Source: Sminthopsis crassicaudata (Eukaryota). Taken from it: a DNA stretch of 64,000 nt. Positions 12,539-25,535 of the stretch are shown here, piece after piece (the stretch's first letter is position 1; every line of letters begins with the position of its first letter). Position numbers and translations under genes: made by a program. The stretch is taken from assembly GCF_048593235.1 (NCBI RefSeq), contig NC_133617.1:181248937-181312936 (forward strand), read 5' to 3'. Below the pieces are notes generated by a model, which was not told the origin of the DNA, searched no databases, and worked only from the letters and a program-made list of their open reading frames with translations.

Positions 12539-13216
12539 CTGAAAACACAAAAATACAATCCTGAATAAATTAAGTTGCTTTTTACTACTACATGATTCTC
12601 GATTGCTTTTCTGAGTCTAAAAGTCAGGTCCTAAATAGAAAAGTTTTCTCACCTTTGACAAAGGTATGACATAGGCCAACTCTACATATTAATTCCAAGT
12701 GTATCACTGTTAATGACATAAAAGAATATTTCAATGTAATGTAGTACTCTGGTTATTGTATTTAATTATAAGCATGACATGACATGGGTATTAGAATGCT
12801 CTGAATTGTATGAAAAGGAGATGAACAGCTGCGTTTGCTATTTCTACTGCTAAGACCCACCTAGGATGTAGAAATATTTGTAATTTTTACAAGGTGGAGG
12901 ATATAACATCAATCACACTATTTGGTGACAAATTCTTGAGTAGACTTTACTGAGCAGCCCCACCTTAAGCCTCCCCTACCCCCAATTTCAAATCTAGATG
13001 AGGGTACATTCCTTTGCTAGAGTGAATTTGACCGAGTGTACAGAATAGTAACAAGCTGTGTGACCTTGGGTGGAACAGATCATTCACATATGTCTCCAAC
13101 ACTTATTCCTTATCCTATTTATGTAAAATAGAAGTTTGACTATATGTTACTACATTGTGTAAAGTCAAGAAATAATAACCAAAGAATTGATTTTTGTTTT
13201 ATTAATTGTAAAGGGG

Positions 13217-13615
13217 ACAGCTACATCCAGAAAAGGAACACTGGGAAATGAGTGTAAACTGTGAGCATTATTAATATTATTATTTTTTCCTTCTTCCCAG
13301 ATTATTTTTACATTCCAAATACAATTCTTCCTTTGTAACAATAACAACAACAAAATTCAGTTCTGCACATATATATTGTACCTAGGATATACTATAAGAT
13401 ATTTAATATGTATGGGAATGCCTGCCATCTAGGGAAGGGGGTGGAAGGAAGGAGGGGAAAAATTCGGAACAGAAGGGAGTACAAGGGATAATGTTGTAAA
13501 AAAAAAAAAATTACCTATGCATATGTACTGTCAAAAAAAATGTTATAATTATAAAAATTAATAAAAAATGTAATTGGAAAATTTTAACAAAACAAATAAA
13601 AATAAAATAAAAAAA
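13217..13615 (+). mobile_element. Young 5'-truncated L1 3' UTR
   Basis: 13-bp TSD aattgtaaagggg (13204-13216 and 13616-13628), A-rich tail. Confidence 0.9.
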
Positions 13616-14344
13616 AATTGTAAAGGGGGAATATTTTCGATAAATTTGGTGAACATAATCCTTCCCTTATAGAATATAGATATACACATTGCCTCTTTGT
13701 TAAGATGTTAAGATAATTTCTGATTAGTTTCCAATAACTGGGGCTGCCCCCAAGGTAATTGGTTTTTTGGATTTGAACTCAAGTCTTCCTGATTTAAGTC
13801 TATTGCTCTATTCAGCACACCACCTAAATGCTTGCAAAAAATAAGATAAAGTCGACTAAAAAGTAGAAAATGCAAAATATGCAGAAAGCAGTGTTTTGAG
13901 GTCTAATTAGGCCAGAAAATTGCTATTTCTTGTTCAAGAGTACCTATTTCACAGTATTTCCCCACTTAATTCAGGCAACAGCTTTGGATAGATGCTTGAA
14001 TTATTAGCTATTTGAATGAAACATTTAAACTAACTTTATAAACTAACCTGAATGCAATTACTATGCTATGATTTTTATTTTGAAGTTGAGGTGATACATG
14101 ACCATCTTTCTTGGCTACTTTTGCTCTTGGAAAGGCTTTATTGCTAGATCTGAGTCTTACTTTTCTAAGTGGTTGATATTTGTATTATGTATTGACAGAA
14201 AGGAAATTATAGTGCAGAAATAGTCCTTTTGTCTCTACTTTTGGGGAAGTCTTATATCTCAAAAATCTCAAATAAATAAATAAAGGAATTACTGGGTGAT
14301 ATTTAATCCCATCTCACTATTTTACAGAGCATATACATAGCTTT

Positions 14345-14530
14345 TTACTGAGTATCATTTTTTTAAATAGTATTTTATTTTTCCAAAACATGTAAAGATA
14401 GTTTTCAACATTCATTTTTGTGAAACTTTATGTTCCAAACTTTCCTCCCTCCCTCGATTACCTCCCCTCTCCCCAAGACAGCAAGCAATCTGATACAGGT
14501 TTGTCTTTTGTTTGTTTGTTTTTTAAAGAA
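14345..14530 (-). mobile_element. L1 3' terminal fragment
   Basis: ttttattttccaaaacatgtaaagatagttttcaacattc motif. Confidence 0.75.
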
Positions 14531-15499
14531 ATACTTGAAGACACTTAAGATTTGACTCTACTATGAAAGACACCCAGAGGGCATCAGGATAGTATAATGG
14601 ATAGAGTGCTGAGCTTGGAAATTCTCTCAGATATTTACTAGCTTTGGAGCCCTGAGCAAATCAGTTAATCCTTCTTAGCTCCCTTTCAATGGCAATAAAA
14701 AATACTGGATATGCCAACTGTTTTCCGTAGTCCTCTGTATATACTGATGTGAGAGAAATGGCTAGCTTGGAAGAAGGGATCAGGAGATAATGATATCTGC
14801 AGGAGAAATCTGGTTTTTAACCCACCTCCCAGGGGGTTGTTATGAGGATCAAATGAGATGATATAAGTAAAACACTTTGCAAACCTTAAAGAAAAATATG
14901 AATGCTAGATGTTTTTATTATTGATTTTCATTTTGTGAACTCACTAAATATCACTCAAATGAAAATGATCTTTCCTTCCTAATTTTAAATAAAGGCAAAG
15001 TTATTAAACACAAAATAATATACTAATATCCAAAATTATGGAGGCCTTGCTTGTATTGTCCTGATATCAGAGGGTACCGTACCTATGGATCACTCAGGCT
15101 CCGCCACCTGTCATCCCTTAAGGTTGGCTCATTTTGAAAACATCTTTTATTCAGATTTTTAAGGAACTTCTCATTGGTTATACATATTGTACTCTTTTCA
15201 TATGCACCAAGCTCTTCTTCATTACCTTGTGAGTGACCATTCATTTTAATTTTTCAGAGGCTCTTTATTTTGCAAGTAGGAAGCACAGAAGATAGAGTGC
15301 TGGACTTTTGAGTGAGGAGGACACTATATGTGTGATCCTGGGCAGATTATTCAACCTCTCTTTGCCACAATTTCCTTACCTGTTCTATAAAGTTGAAATA
15401 TAATAATAGCATCTATCCCCAAGGATTGTTGTGAAGATAAAATGAAATATTTTCAATATGCTTTGAAAACTCTAAAACATTGCATAAATGTTTCTTCTT

Positions 15500-18400
15500 C
15501 TGCAACACTAGTAGAATACTGTTATTAAAAAGATAATCTTTTGTTTCCAAGAAAAGCCTTTGGCCATGAAAAAGCTTTTTGATCTCCTAAAGGCAAATAA
15601 TTAAAAAAAAAAATAACCAAAATGCCAATGCTACAATAACTAAAAAGTAAAAAGACTCTATGGAAAGTAAAAATAAAATGACATTAAAGAAGATATTGTA
15701 AAAACAATAAATTACTTTAAAAGTAAGGAAAATATAGACACTATATATCAAAAACTATGGATGCTCCAAAACAATTCTGAAAAGCAATTTTGTAGCACTG
15801 AAATGCTATATTTGTAATACTGAATATGCTATACAATTTTTTTATTGATATATTGATATCAGTAAAAAAGGGGAGAGTATAGGGATGAGGACTAGATCTA
15901 TGATTTCATTAATATTAGAATTTTTTGGAAGGGGCAACACTATCATTTTATAATCTATATCTTATAATCTTAGAGAGTTTCCTAGAACACTAACTAAGAA
16001 GTTTAAAGCCTTGCCCAACGTCATGAAGCCTAGAAAGATTTGAAATAATATATAAGCCCAGGTTTTCCTGTCTTTGAGTACTAAAATTCCATCCACTTTT
16101 GCAAATAGCATCTCAATCAGTAAGAAAGAGAGGGCGAAAATTATTGAATTAAGTTTGTATCTAAAAAAAACTTAGAAAAAGAATAAATCAACAAGCTAGA
16201 GTAAAATAGAATATAGAATAAAACAATCAAGGTAGTGTTTCTAGTGTTTCTCCATTATTCATAATATTAGGTCATGTTTTTAAGATGCCTTTTTCTTATA
16301 TAATATGAGAAAATCTATTTTAAAAATGAGTATAAAGAGTGCTGTATTTTACTAAGGGCTTTTTCTGCATCTAATGATGAGTCATGTGGTCTTCATTTTT
16401 TCTCATGGTAAGATTTATATTTATTTTTTTTCCTCATCTTTTGCTTCCCATTTATAAATAAATAAAAATAAGGAAAAGCAAAGGAGGCATAGGTAAGTAA
16501 AAGTAAGAAAAACAAATGAAATGGCAACTGCATCTACCCTTTAAAAGAAGACTAACAGAATTGATTAAACAATTAGTAGGAGTAATTTTATTTAAAAAGA
16601 GAACAATCCCAAATCATCAAAACTGAGAACAAGTGCACAAAAAAAAAAAAAAAAAAAAAGGATTAAAAATTCTGGCATTACAGTACATAGCTCTATACTA
16701 ATAAACCAGAGTTAAAAAAAAAAAAAAAAGAATGAATGAAAAAAGGGTCAAGGTCTTACTATCCACTACAATCTATTTAAACGTTGGTTATACACACACA
16801 CTGAAAAAGTAAATGAGTTTCTGCCCTCAAGATGCTTACATTCTTTTTTATTTTAAAGGGATTTATTGCTATCTTTTCTTTTTTATATCATCAAATTTTC
16901 TCCCAAGATTCCTTTTGAAGAGACCCATCTCATATAATTCTAATAGAGGAAGACACAGGGAAATTATATTTTTGGGCAAAGAAATCATGCAGTAATTGAG
17001 TCATAGAGTAATTTATTGATAAATCCTTTTCAGAAAGGATAGCATGATTTTTATAACTATTTCTCATGCTAAAGGCAAAAAGAAGTCTGGATAGGAAAGA
17101 ACAGCTAAGTGAGGGTCTGACTTGGGCTAGAATGATGAAACTTTATCAACATGAAGTATAAGATTATCCACAAAATACTAAGTACCCAAAGAGAAACAAT
17201 GTACAATCTAAACAAAACAATCTTATTGGGAGAAATAAGACAGGTTAATAAAGGATTGCTCTTCAAAAAGATACTGGACCTAGATGGATTTTTCCAATCT
17301 TCTCAAGATCTTAAGTAGATCATATTTATAAATGAGAAGCAAAAGTAGAGGAAGACAATCAGCATAATAAATCTTACCAAGAGAAAAAAATGAAGATCAC
17401 ATGACCCATCATTAGATGCAGAGAAAGCCCTTAATAAAATATAGAATTCTTTATACTCATTTTAAAATAGATTTTCCCATATTATATAAGAAAAAAGCAT
17501 CTTAGCAACATAAACTAATATTACATGCAAAGGAGAAAACTAGAAACATTCCTATTAAAATAGCCATTAAACAGGACTATATACTTATTTTTTAAAATAG
17601 CTTTTTATTTTCAAAATATGCACAAAGATAGTTTTTAACCTGCATCCCTGCAAAACCTTGTGTTCCATATTTTTCCCTCCTTCCTCTTCATCCCCCTCCT
17701 TTAGACAGCAAGTAATCCAGTACTTAGACAGCAAGTAAATCCAATGTTTAACTTCTATAAACATGTGCATTCTTCTGAACAAATTACCTCATCCAAAGGA
17801 TATTACTTTTACTACTCATATTAATATATATATTTTAGAATCTTAGTAAGAACTATGGCATGTCAAAGGCCTTTTTGAAATCATCCTGCTGCTCATTTCT
17901 TATAGAACAATAATATTCCATAATATTCACATACTGTAACTTATTCATCCATTCCCCAATTGATGGGCATCTACTCAGTTTCTAGTTCCTCAGCAATGGG
18001 ATTATGATGAGAATGGGAGTTGAAATAACATCATTACCACAAATCATGCAGTAGACTCAGGCAATATTTGTGGCATAGATGGCAAAATAGGGGAAATTTG
18101 TCCCTACAGTGAAAGGATGTCAGGAGAAGGACATAGTTGCTATATAACTCTGTGTGATAGCAACGATGTTAGTTGGGGTTGCAAACTCTAGATGCCACAA
18201 TATGCTATAATGATATAAGTTATATATATTTTTAAACAATAAAATTTGGGAGAAAAATTATTGATATATCTATTCCACTTATGGAGTGATGGGAGGACAA
18301 GAGACATTTTTGCTTACAAAAAAAATTATTGGAAATGATACCAATGGGTTTAATTATGAAAAGTTATGAAGACCTTATCAAACAAAAAAACTAAAAGGAA

Positions 18401-18700
18401 TAAAAATATCTTCAGAAGATTAAGATACCTAAGGGATAACAAAGGATATGAACAGATAATTTTTGTAGGCTGTACAAATTGTTAATAATTATGTGAAGAA
18501 ATGCTCAAATTCTCTAGTAATCATAGAAGTGTAAATTCAGGTAACTTTAAGGAAACACCTTACAAAAATGTCAAAAATATAGAGGAAAAAAAAGAATTAA
18601 AATCTTATGTTGGCCAGGCTGTGGAGGAAATAATCACTTTGTTGGTGGCATTCAAAATCATATGGCTGTTTTTTATAATATTCTAATAATGCATATATTC
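15500..18700 (+). mobile_element. Highly decayed old L1 ORF2 remnants, with a younger antisense L1 3' end at about 17585-17990
   Basis: A-rich text with ORF2-like relics (tagatgcagagaaagcc; aaggatatgaacaga; aaatgctcaaattctctagtaatc). Confidence 0.6.
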
Positions 18701-19640
18701 CTATTTATTCAACCATCATCTGACTCATGGTCAGAAGTTTGTTTCTGATTTTTGCAAAAGATATGAATATTTTGGTATTAATAGGGCCTCTGTCAGTTTT
18801 CATATATTTCATATGCATATATATATATACAGATATATGTATACCTAGAATTATGATGGCTGTGTCAAAAGGTATAAACAGTTTAGAAACTTTTCTTGCA
18901 TAGTTCCAATTTTTTTCATAAGTTTGGGCCAATTCATAGTTTAATCCATTGTGTATGAGTTTATCTGCTTTACAGCTCCTCTTATCATTCCATATGTCAT
19001 TTTTGCCAAATAATAATGATGTGAAAGTTCCAGTCTTATTTGATATTTATTTCTCTTTTTATTTGTGACTTAGAGGATTTTTTTACAATTTTCATTTCCT
19101 CTTTTGAAAACCAGTTTTATATCCATTGAAGACTTATTGATTAGTACATACATCTTGGTCTAATAAATTTGTACAAATTCCCTTTATTTCTGAAATTACA
19201 GACTTTTATCAGAATTATTTAACATGAAGATTTTGTTTTTGCTATGTGACAATTTCCCCATTATTCTAGCTGCATTTTGTTAATACAAAGCCTTTTAAAT
19301 TTTATGTATTTAAATTATCTAATTTATCTTTCATGGTCTGTCTTTGAAAAATATTTTCTCCCTATTCATATTAAAAATTGGAATCTCCTTCCATTCTTCT
19401 TTATTTTTTATGATACGATCTTTTATTAAGTTGATTATTCATTTGGAAATTATTGTGAGATATATATATATATATATGATACTGGAGTAGACCCAATTTT
19501 TTGCCAAACTATTTTCTAGTTTTCCCAATAGTTCTTGATTTTTCCCCAAGAAGTTTGTATCTTGGTTTTTATTGAAAACCGAACTGTTGTGTTTGATTGC
19601 TTCTGACTCTTCCTTATCTAGTATAGTTGGAACTAGCATG
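18700..19640 (-). mobile_element. Old L1 ORF2 C-terminal remnant, converging on the plus-strand relic
   Basis: ORF 18705-18932 WNYARKVSKLFIPFDTAIIILG matches L1 ORF2. Confidence 0.7.
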
Positions 19641-20399
19641 GAGGGACCAAGGCTTTGTGTCAAGTGTTAATGTCTAATGGGGGCATGTTCTTCCTTTGTT
19701 ACAGTGTCATTTACCCTCCCAACTCTGCTCATTTGCCTAGACTTCAGCTGCTACTTCACAACTATGCTCCTCTCCTGAGGTCTCTTTACTATTGGGACAG
19801 ATTTTCCCTATTCTGCCATTTGTGCCACAAATTTTGCCTGGATTCATTGCATGATTTATGGTGATTCATGTCAACTCTCATCCTCATCGTTATCCTATTA
19901 TTATAGAAACTTTTTCATTCCAGTCCCTCACTCCCTATAAACACCCTGAATGTCCAATTGTACAACCTGCTCAATTTCCATATCTCTACGTTAAGTCTAC
20001 TTCAACCATTCACTAGAGTAATAATGCCTTTCCCTTCATCCTTGCTCAATTGGATTTGTTCCAGGTGCTGGAATTCTTAGCTATGTCTTTGTCATTTCGT
20101 TGGTTTTATGGATCATTGGAAGAGATTTAGAGATAGAAAGTGTCTCAGAGGCCATCTAGTCTCATTATTTCTTTTTACAGATTTTTTTTAAGGTTTTTTT
20201 CTGTCTGGACACTAGAGGGCTCCTTAGACTAATAATGCAGAAACACAACATCCACAACAAAGACGTTTTCCATTTTTTATATTACAACTAGTGATTAAAC
20301 AATTTACAAAATAAAGTTCAATAGTTAATATGGATAATATTAGTATTATTTATGTATGAATTAGGAAGTGTTTAGACACAGTCTAATCACAAATTTTCT

Positions 20400-20620
20400 T
20401 ACAAGTGTCAAAGGTCATCTTGTCTGGTCTGTATCCCTGCTCAGAAATCCCTTTTATAGCTTGACAAGTAATCATCAACCCTCTGCCTGGACACTTCCAA
20501 TCACAGGAAAGTCCTTAGCTTCCAAGTCAACCCATTCTTTTTATTGAACAATCTTTACAATTAGAATATTTTTTCTTACAGTGAATTAAAAATCTATTTC
20601 CCTCTAACTTGTAAGCATTA
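20400..20620 (-). mobile_element. L3/CR1 3' fragment
   Basis: Antisense CR1 text (aatcccttttatagcttgacaagtaatcatcaaccctctgc...). Confidence 0.6.
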
Positions 20621-21479
20621 TCCTTTAGGACTAAGAAATCTCAGCATCTGTTCTAAGAACTGCTGTGATCTGGAAGAGTTGAGCTCCTCTAGTCCAAGAT
20701 GTTTGAGTGTCTCGAAGTTAGTTACTAGTGGTTTTGATCAATATTTTGTAGCATTTCCAGGCCCAAACACCAGTATTCCACTTTAAAAGGAACAGTAAGT
20801 GGGTCAAACTGGGCCTCTCTAAACCTCTCAGACATTAGCACTTCTACAGCAACGGATGACAAAAGAAGAAAATCTTGAAGTTATTTAGATTTAGATTACA
20901 GAAAACATCTCAGAGGAATCCTAGAGAGCCTATGACCATAAGGACCATCAGTGAAAGAGCTCCAGGACATGAGCCTGCCTATAGGCAGCATTCTTAGTTC
21001 CTCACTGGCTAAATGACTCACTGTAGTTTTGAAAGCTTCAATCCTCTGTGTTTATTGTTCTTCCTACTTAAAAATGAAAACAGCCTTCCTTCCATTGATT
21101 AAACTTTGGAGGCTGTGATAGCTGTCAGGGCTTAGTTACAATCTCTCATCACTGAGATTTGGGGATGTTCTCGAGGCAATAAAACCTTTTCATCATTATC
21201 TCTCTTGTTCAGAGATGACCCCGATTGTCATGTTATGTTTCTGTGTGGCAGAAGGTTCTATTTTAGATTATATACAACTTTGCCCTTTTGTATTAATATA
21301 GAAGACTGAGAATTGGCTCAAGAGTCAGATGCTTCTCTCTTCTGGCAGAGATAGTGATCTATAGTGAGAGGAGAATTAGGTCAGGAGACCTGGGGCCTAT
21401 TTAGTCTTGACTTCATTTCTAAATGATTATGTGACTTTAGACACATCACATAGACTTGGCTCTTTTTTAACAATGAAGT

Positions 21480-21850
21480 GATTCAAGTTAATTCCAATAG
21501 ATTTGTGATGGAGAGAGCCATTTGCATCCAGAAAGAGGATTATGAGGACTAAAATATGGATCACAATAGAGTATTTTCATCTTTTTGTTGTTTGCTTGCT
21601 TTTTTTTTCTTTCTCATTTTTTTCCCTTTTTGATTTGATTTTTCTTGTGCAACTTGACAAATGGGAAAATGTTTAAAAGAATTGCATGTATTTAATCTAT
21701 GTTGGATTACTTTCTTTCTAAAGGATGGGAGGAGAGGGAAAGGAGGGAGAAAAATTTGGAACACAATGTTTTGTAAGGCTCAATGTTGAAAACTATCTTT
21801 TAATGAATTTTTAAAATAAAAAACTATTAGTAAAAATTTTTTAAAAGGAA
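21480..21850 (+). mobile_element. L1 3' end
   Basis: aattccaatagatttgtgatggagagagccat, 3' UTR and A-rich tail. Confidence 0.85.
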
Positions 21851-24208
21851 AAATCACATATTCTCTGGCTTTATTTTTCTTCATCAGCAAAACGAGGAAG
21901 TTGGATTAGACCATTTTCTAAGGTTCTTTCCCATTCTAATGTTCAGCGATTTTGTCCTTTGCAGCTAGTTTTGAAATTTTCAGTTTACCTTTGATTATGA
22001 CTGTATGTGATCTAGGTATTCAAAATATTACATAATAACTTTGTAGGACTGTAATTTGTGCTTCTATAGCTGAGATGGTTTCCAAAGACTGTCTAGTCCA
22101 TGGCCCACTTTGCAGATATGGAAATTGAGGCCCAGAAATGTCTTGCCTCAGGTCATATAAATATAGTTATGGGAGGTAGGATTTGAATCTTGATGCCTTG
22201 ATTCAGGACTCAATGTTTTTTCTCTCTTACCATATTTTAAAAATTCATCATTTTATCATTGTGGGCATTTTCTTCACTGGCGCACATTGCAGCCCCTCTA
22301 CACATTACTATGCCATCATCATGAGTTGTTGTGATTAAAAAAAAATTCTCATCTGGTAGCCAACCCTTTAGTGACAAATATCTTTAAATGTAGCAAGACT
22401 GGTCACCAGACTACAGGTATATCATCAATGTCTAGGTCAGAGCTCGAAATCTTTCTTTTGGTAGGTCCTGTCAGAGCTTATACTTTACTGAAAAATTCAG
22501 TGGCCTTGGAAAATTCAGAGTAAGCCTCCATATCTCTCAACTGGTGCTCTATAGACTGGACTCTGGCAGTGGGAGATAAGGACAGTGCTCCAGCAGAAGC
22601 TTTCCAACTGAAAAGAAGTTGAAAGAAACAGGAAGACAGGGCAGAGAGTAGTGATCCAGTTGTGGGAACTAAGCCTGCAGGAACATTCCTTTTGGCCCTT
22701 TCATTTAAGAGAATGGGAAAGGCCAAAGTAAATGTTCCCCAAGGGTGTGCCATAGAGCTGGGCATGTATTCTCTGCATGTTAATGTCCTGGACTAACTGA
22801 TTATGGCAAATGAAAATTCTTCATTTTCTCTCTTGGCACTCTGTTACTTATATATTATTGATATAACATGGCCTGAATCCTGGTCCTCTTCTCTCAGATG
22901 TTGCTTTTTTTGAGGCTTTGTGATTTTTAGTCTCAATCCTGCTAGTACTTCAGGCACCATAATCCCATATATAGCTCTTTCACTTTCCCATTTCTTGATG
23001 TCAGCTTGGTTGCATCATGATTTTAACTATGTTTATAGGAACTTCTCAAGTACAAATCTTAATTCCTCCCCCTTCTCAAACTGGAGAGGTTTAAATCAGC
23101 ACCATTGAATTAAAGTTCTTCATATGCCTCAATTCTGGGCATTGAAGAGGCAGTGGAGGATGTTTACTTATCATGTGTTGCATTCAAATCTTGGCCCCAT
23201 CACTTATTTATTAGTGTGACATTGAGGAAATTACTTATCTCTTTTAGGCCTATTTTTAAAAATTATTTAATTAATAAAGGGCAAGGGTCTAGATGATTTC
23301 CAAGGGAATAGAATATATGATTTAGAAAGCCTCCAACATATTGGATGAGTGCTGGAGGACTTATGGCAGGGCAAAATCAAGATCTGCCCAAGATGGGCAA
23401 GCATGAATGTCTTATGGTTTGTATTATCCCCAATGAAGAAATTATAGTTTCAACAAAATCCAGAAGTATATACCACTCAATTTTATTATATTTACTAGTG
23501 TAAATGTTTAATTGTGTCTTAGTGCACAGAGACACAATAAACATCATAAAGACTTAATAAACATTTGAGGAATGAATGGATGTATTAATCTCAAACCAAA
23601 CAATAAAGCCAGTCATACCATGAAGACTCCACCCAGGAGGAACTGGTTGGCTATCCACTTTCCCCATTCTTACTCTTGTTCACTTTTCTGTTAAGTAATA
23701 GGCCATTCTGCTTAGTAATAGGCAGTAGCTAAATGCTATAGAACACAAAGCCATTCAGAGCTACCTTCTGTAAAACTGTCTGAAGCAAAAAATATGTAGA
23801 ATATTTACATTTTAATGAACTTGACTTGCTATGATGTTATCTGCATGTAAAGTAAAGACAATAAGGAATCTGAGATATCAAAACAAGAAATAGACCCAAG
23901 TTCTGCCATTGCTGTCAATCCATTTGAAATTGAGGTGTGTCCAACTTAAATCCTGTTTGTAATATGATTTAGAGATGGTGGTATTTTTATTTCCAGTGTC
24001 TAATGAATGACTAGTGCCTTAATAAAATCTTTTTCACTAGTTGGTTGAGTTTAAAAATAACTTACTGTTAAAAGAAAATTAATTTCTTTTGCCTAATTAT
24101 GTGTTTTATCAACCTTCTGAAAATCTGGTTGCTATTTCCATATAAATACGTACGTTAAAAAAAAAAAAAAACCCATGTACTAGAAATACATGCTAGAACA
24201 CTAGTTTT

Positions 24209-24300
24209 TTTTTTTTTTAATTCATTTTTCCAAATTATCCCCTCCCTCCCTTCACTCCCTCCCCCCCGATGGCAGGTAAATCCCATACATTTTACATGTG
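24209..24300 (-). mobile_element. Very short (about 92 bp) L1 3' insertion
   Basis: Perfect 15-bp TSD tagaacactagtttt (24194-24208 and 24301-24315), poly-T tail, TTTT/AA target. Confidence 0.9.
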
Positions 24301-24309
24301 TAGAACACT

Positions 24310-25450
24310 AGTTTTAAAGACAGAAAGTTCTAAGTACAAATCCAGAATCAGACAATTAGTAGTTATGTGACCCTGGGCAAGTCACTTGACCTCTGATTGT
24401 CTCAATTTCCTCATCAATAAAATGGGGATAATATTATTTGCCTACCAGGGTTGTTGTGAAGAATAAATTGTTTCATATGAATTAAATAATTATAAAGTGC
24501 TTATCACAAAAGTGAGCTCTGTACAAATGTGAACCATTGTTCTTACTATTACTACTATTATTATTAGGAAGCATAACATAATTGGATTACATAGTATCTA
24601 GGTTGGAAAATGTCTTACCTTGAAGCTCCACATTGAAAACTACTGTCTACTGAATTTCCTCAGGTCTAATTATTCATTATTAATGTCTTTTTCACACATC
24701 TCTTGGGTACAATAAATTCTACTGAATCTACAAGTAGTGGAACATGGTCTCTTGAATTTATCTTTTGTGTATATTTCAAGAATGGATGACAATAATTTTG
24801 GATCTTGCTAGGTTTTCTAGGGATTCTAAATCAGATCCTGGAGTTCTGTGAATCCTCTCACAGAGGATAATTAAATCCACAGAAGATAATTAAATTCATA
24901 GGAGCTAAGGAAATCACCAAGTGAGAGTCCTAAAGGAGTAAGATTCTAGGCTTTAGAGCTGGCTGAGACCTTTGGAATCTTGTAATCCAACTTTATTATT
25001 TTATAGAGGAGGAATTCAAGGCCCAGAGAAATGAAGATACTTGCCCACAGTTATATAGCTAAGGTATGATGGAGCTAAGATGTGTAATTGGATGTTGTGA
25101 TTCTAATTGTAATGCATTTTCTATTAGTCTGCATTGCTTTTAATCATTGGTCCAGTGGCTGAGGATAAATGTGGATTTCCCAGAATAAATCATATTCAGT
25201 ATAAGGAGAGATCTAAGTCCAATGTCAATATATAGAGCACTGGGCCTGAAGTCAGGAAGACCTGAATTGAAATCTACCCTCAGGAACTTACTTATTGTTT
25301 GACCTGAGGGAAATGCCTTAAACTCCTTTTGCCTTGGTTTCCTCATCTATAAAATGAGAAAAATAATACACTTCCCTCCAGGATTGTTGTGAGAATCAAA
25401 TGAGATAATAATTATAAAGCACAGCACAGAGTCTGACATATAGTAAACAC
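24310..25450. mobile_element. Cluster of MIR/CORE-SINE relics
   Basis: Repeated CORE motifs (gtgaccctgggcaagtcacttgacctc; cagtttcctcatctataaaatgag) on both strands. Confidence 0.7.
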
Positions 25451-25535
25451 TTTATATTAACTATTATGGTAGTAGTAATGGTAGTAGTGCTGGTAGTGCT
25501 GGTAGTGGTAGTAGTAATGGTAGTAATAGTGAAGA
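25446..25535. repeat. Degenerate (GTA/GGT)n trinucleotide repeat
   Basis: ggtagtagtaatggtagtagtgctggtagtgctggtagtggtagtagt. Confidence 0.85.

Noticed and set aside
12653-12706. Extra minus-strand exon candidate (29 or 54 nt) just upstream of the 30-nt exon
   Set aside because: The strong acceptor gives stops or an out-of-phase join; the in-phase acceptor is weak.
16759-16799. Strong minus-strand acceptor/donor pair around a 41-nt segment
   Set aside because: Stops in all three frames and lies among L1 relics; shows that pseudo-exons are common here, which limits confidence in my other exon calls.
21022-21063. 42-nt minus-strand exon candidate (KNNKHRGLKLSKL)
   Set aside because: Open only in phase 2; the donor overlaps a TGACTCA AP-1 motif that could explain the sequence; no independent support.
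22478-22765. 95-aa minus-strand ORF (MPSSMAHPW...SEFSKATEFFSKV) and overlapping plus-strand 55-nt exon-like unit 22465-22519
   Set aside because: No recognisable protein similarity and no partner exons; ORFs and splice pairs of this size arise by chance in 64 kb.
24618-24650. Donor AAG|GTAAGA resembling that of the 56-nt exon
   Set aside because: No polypyrimidine tract; stops in all frames upstream.
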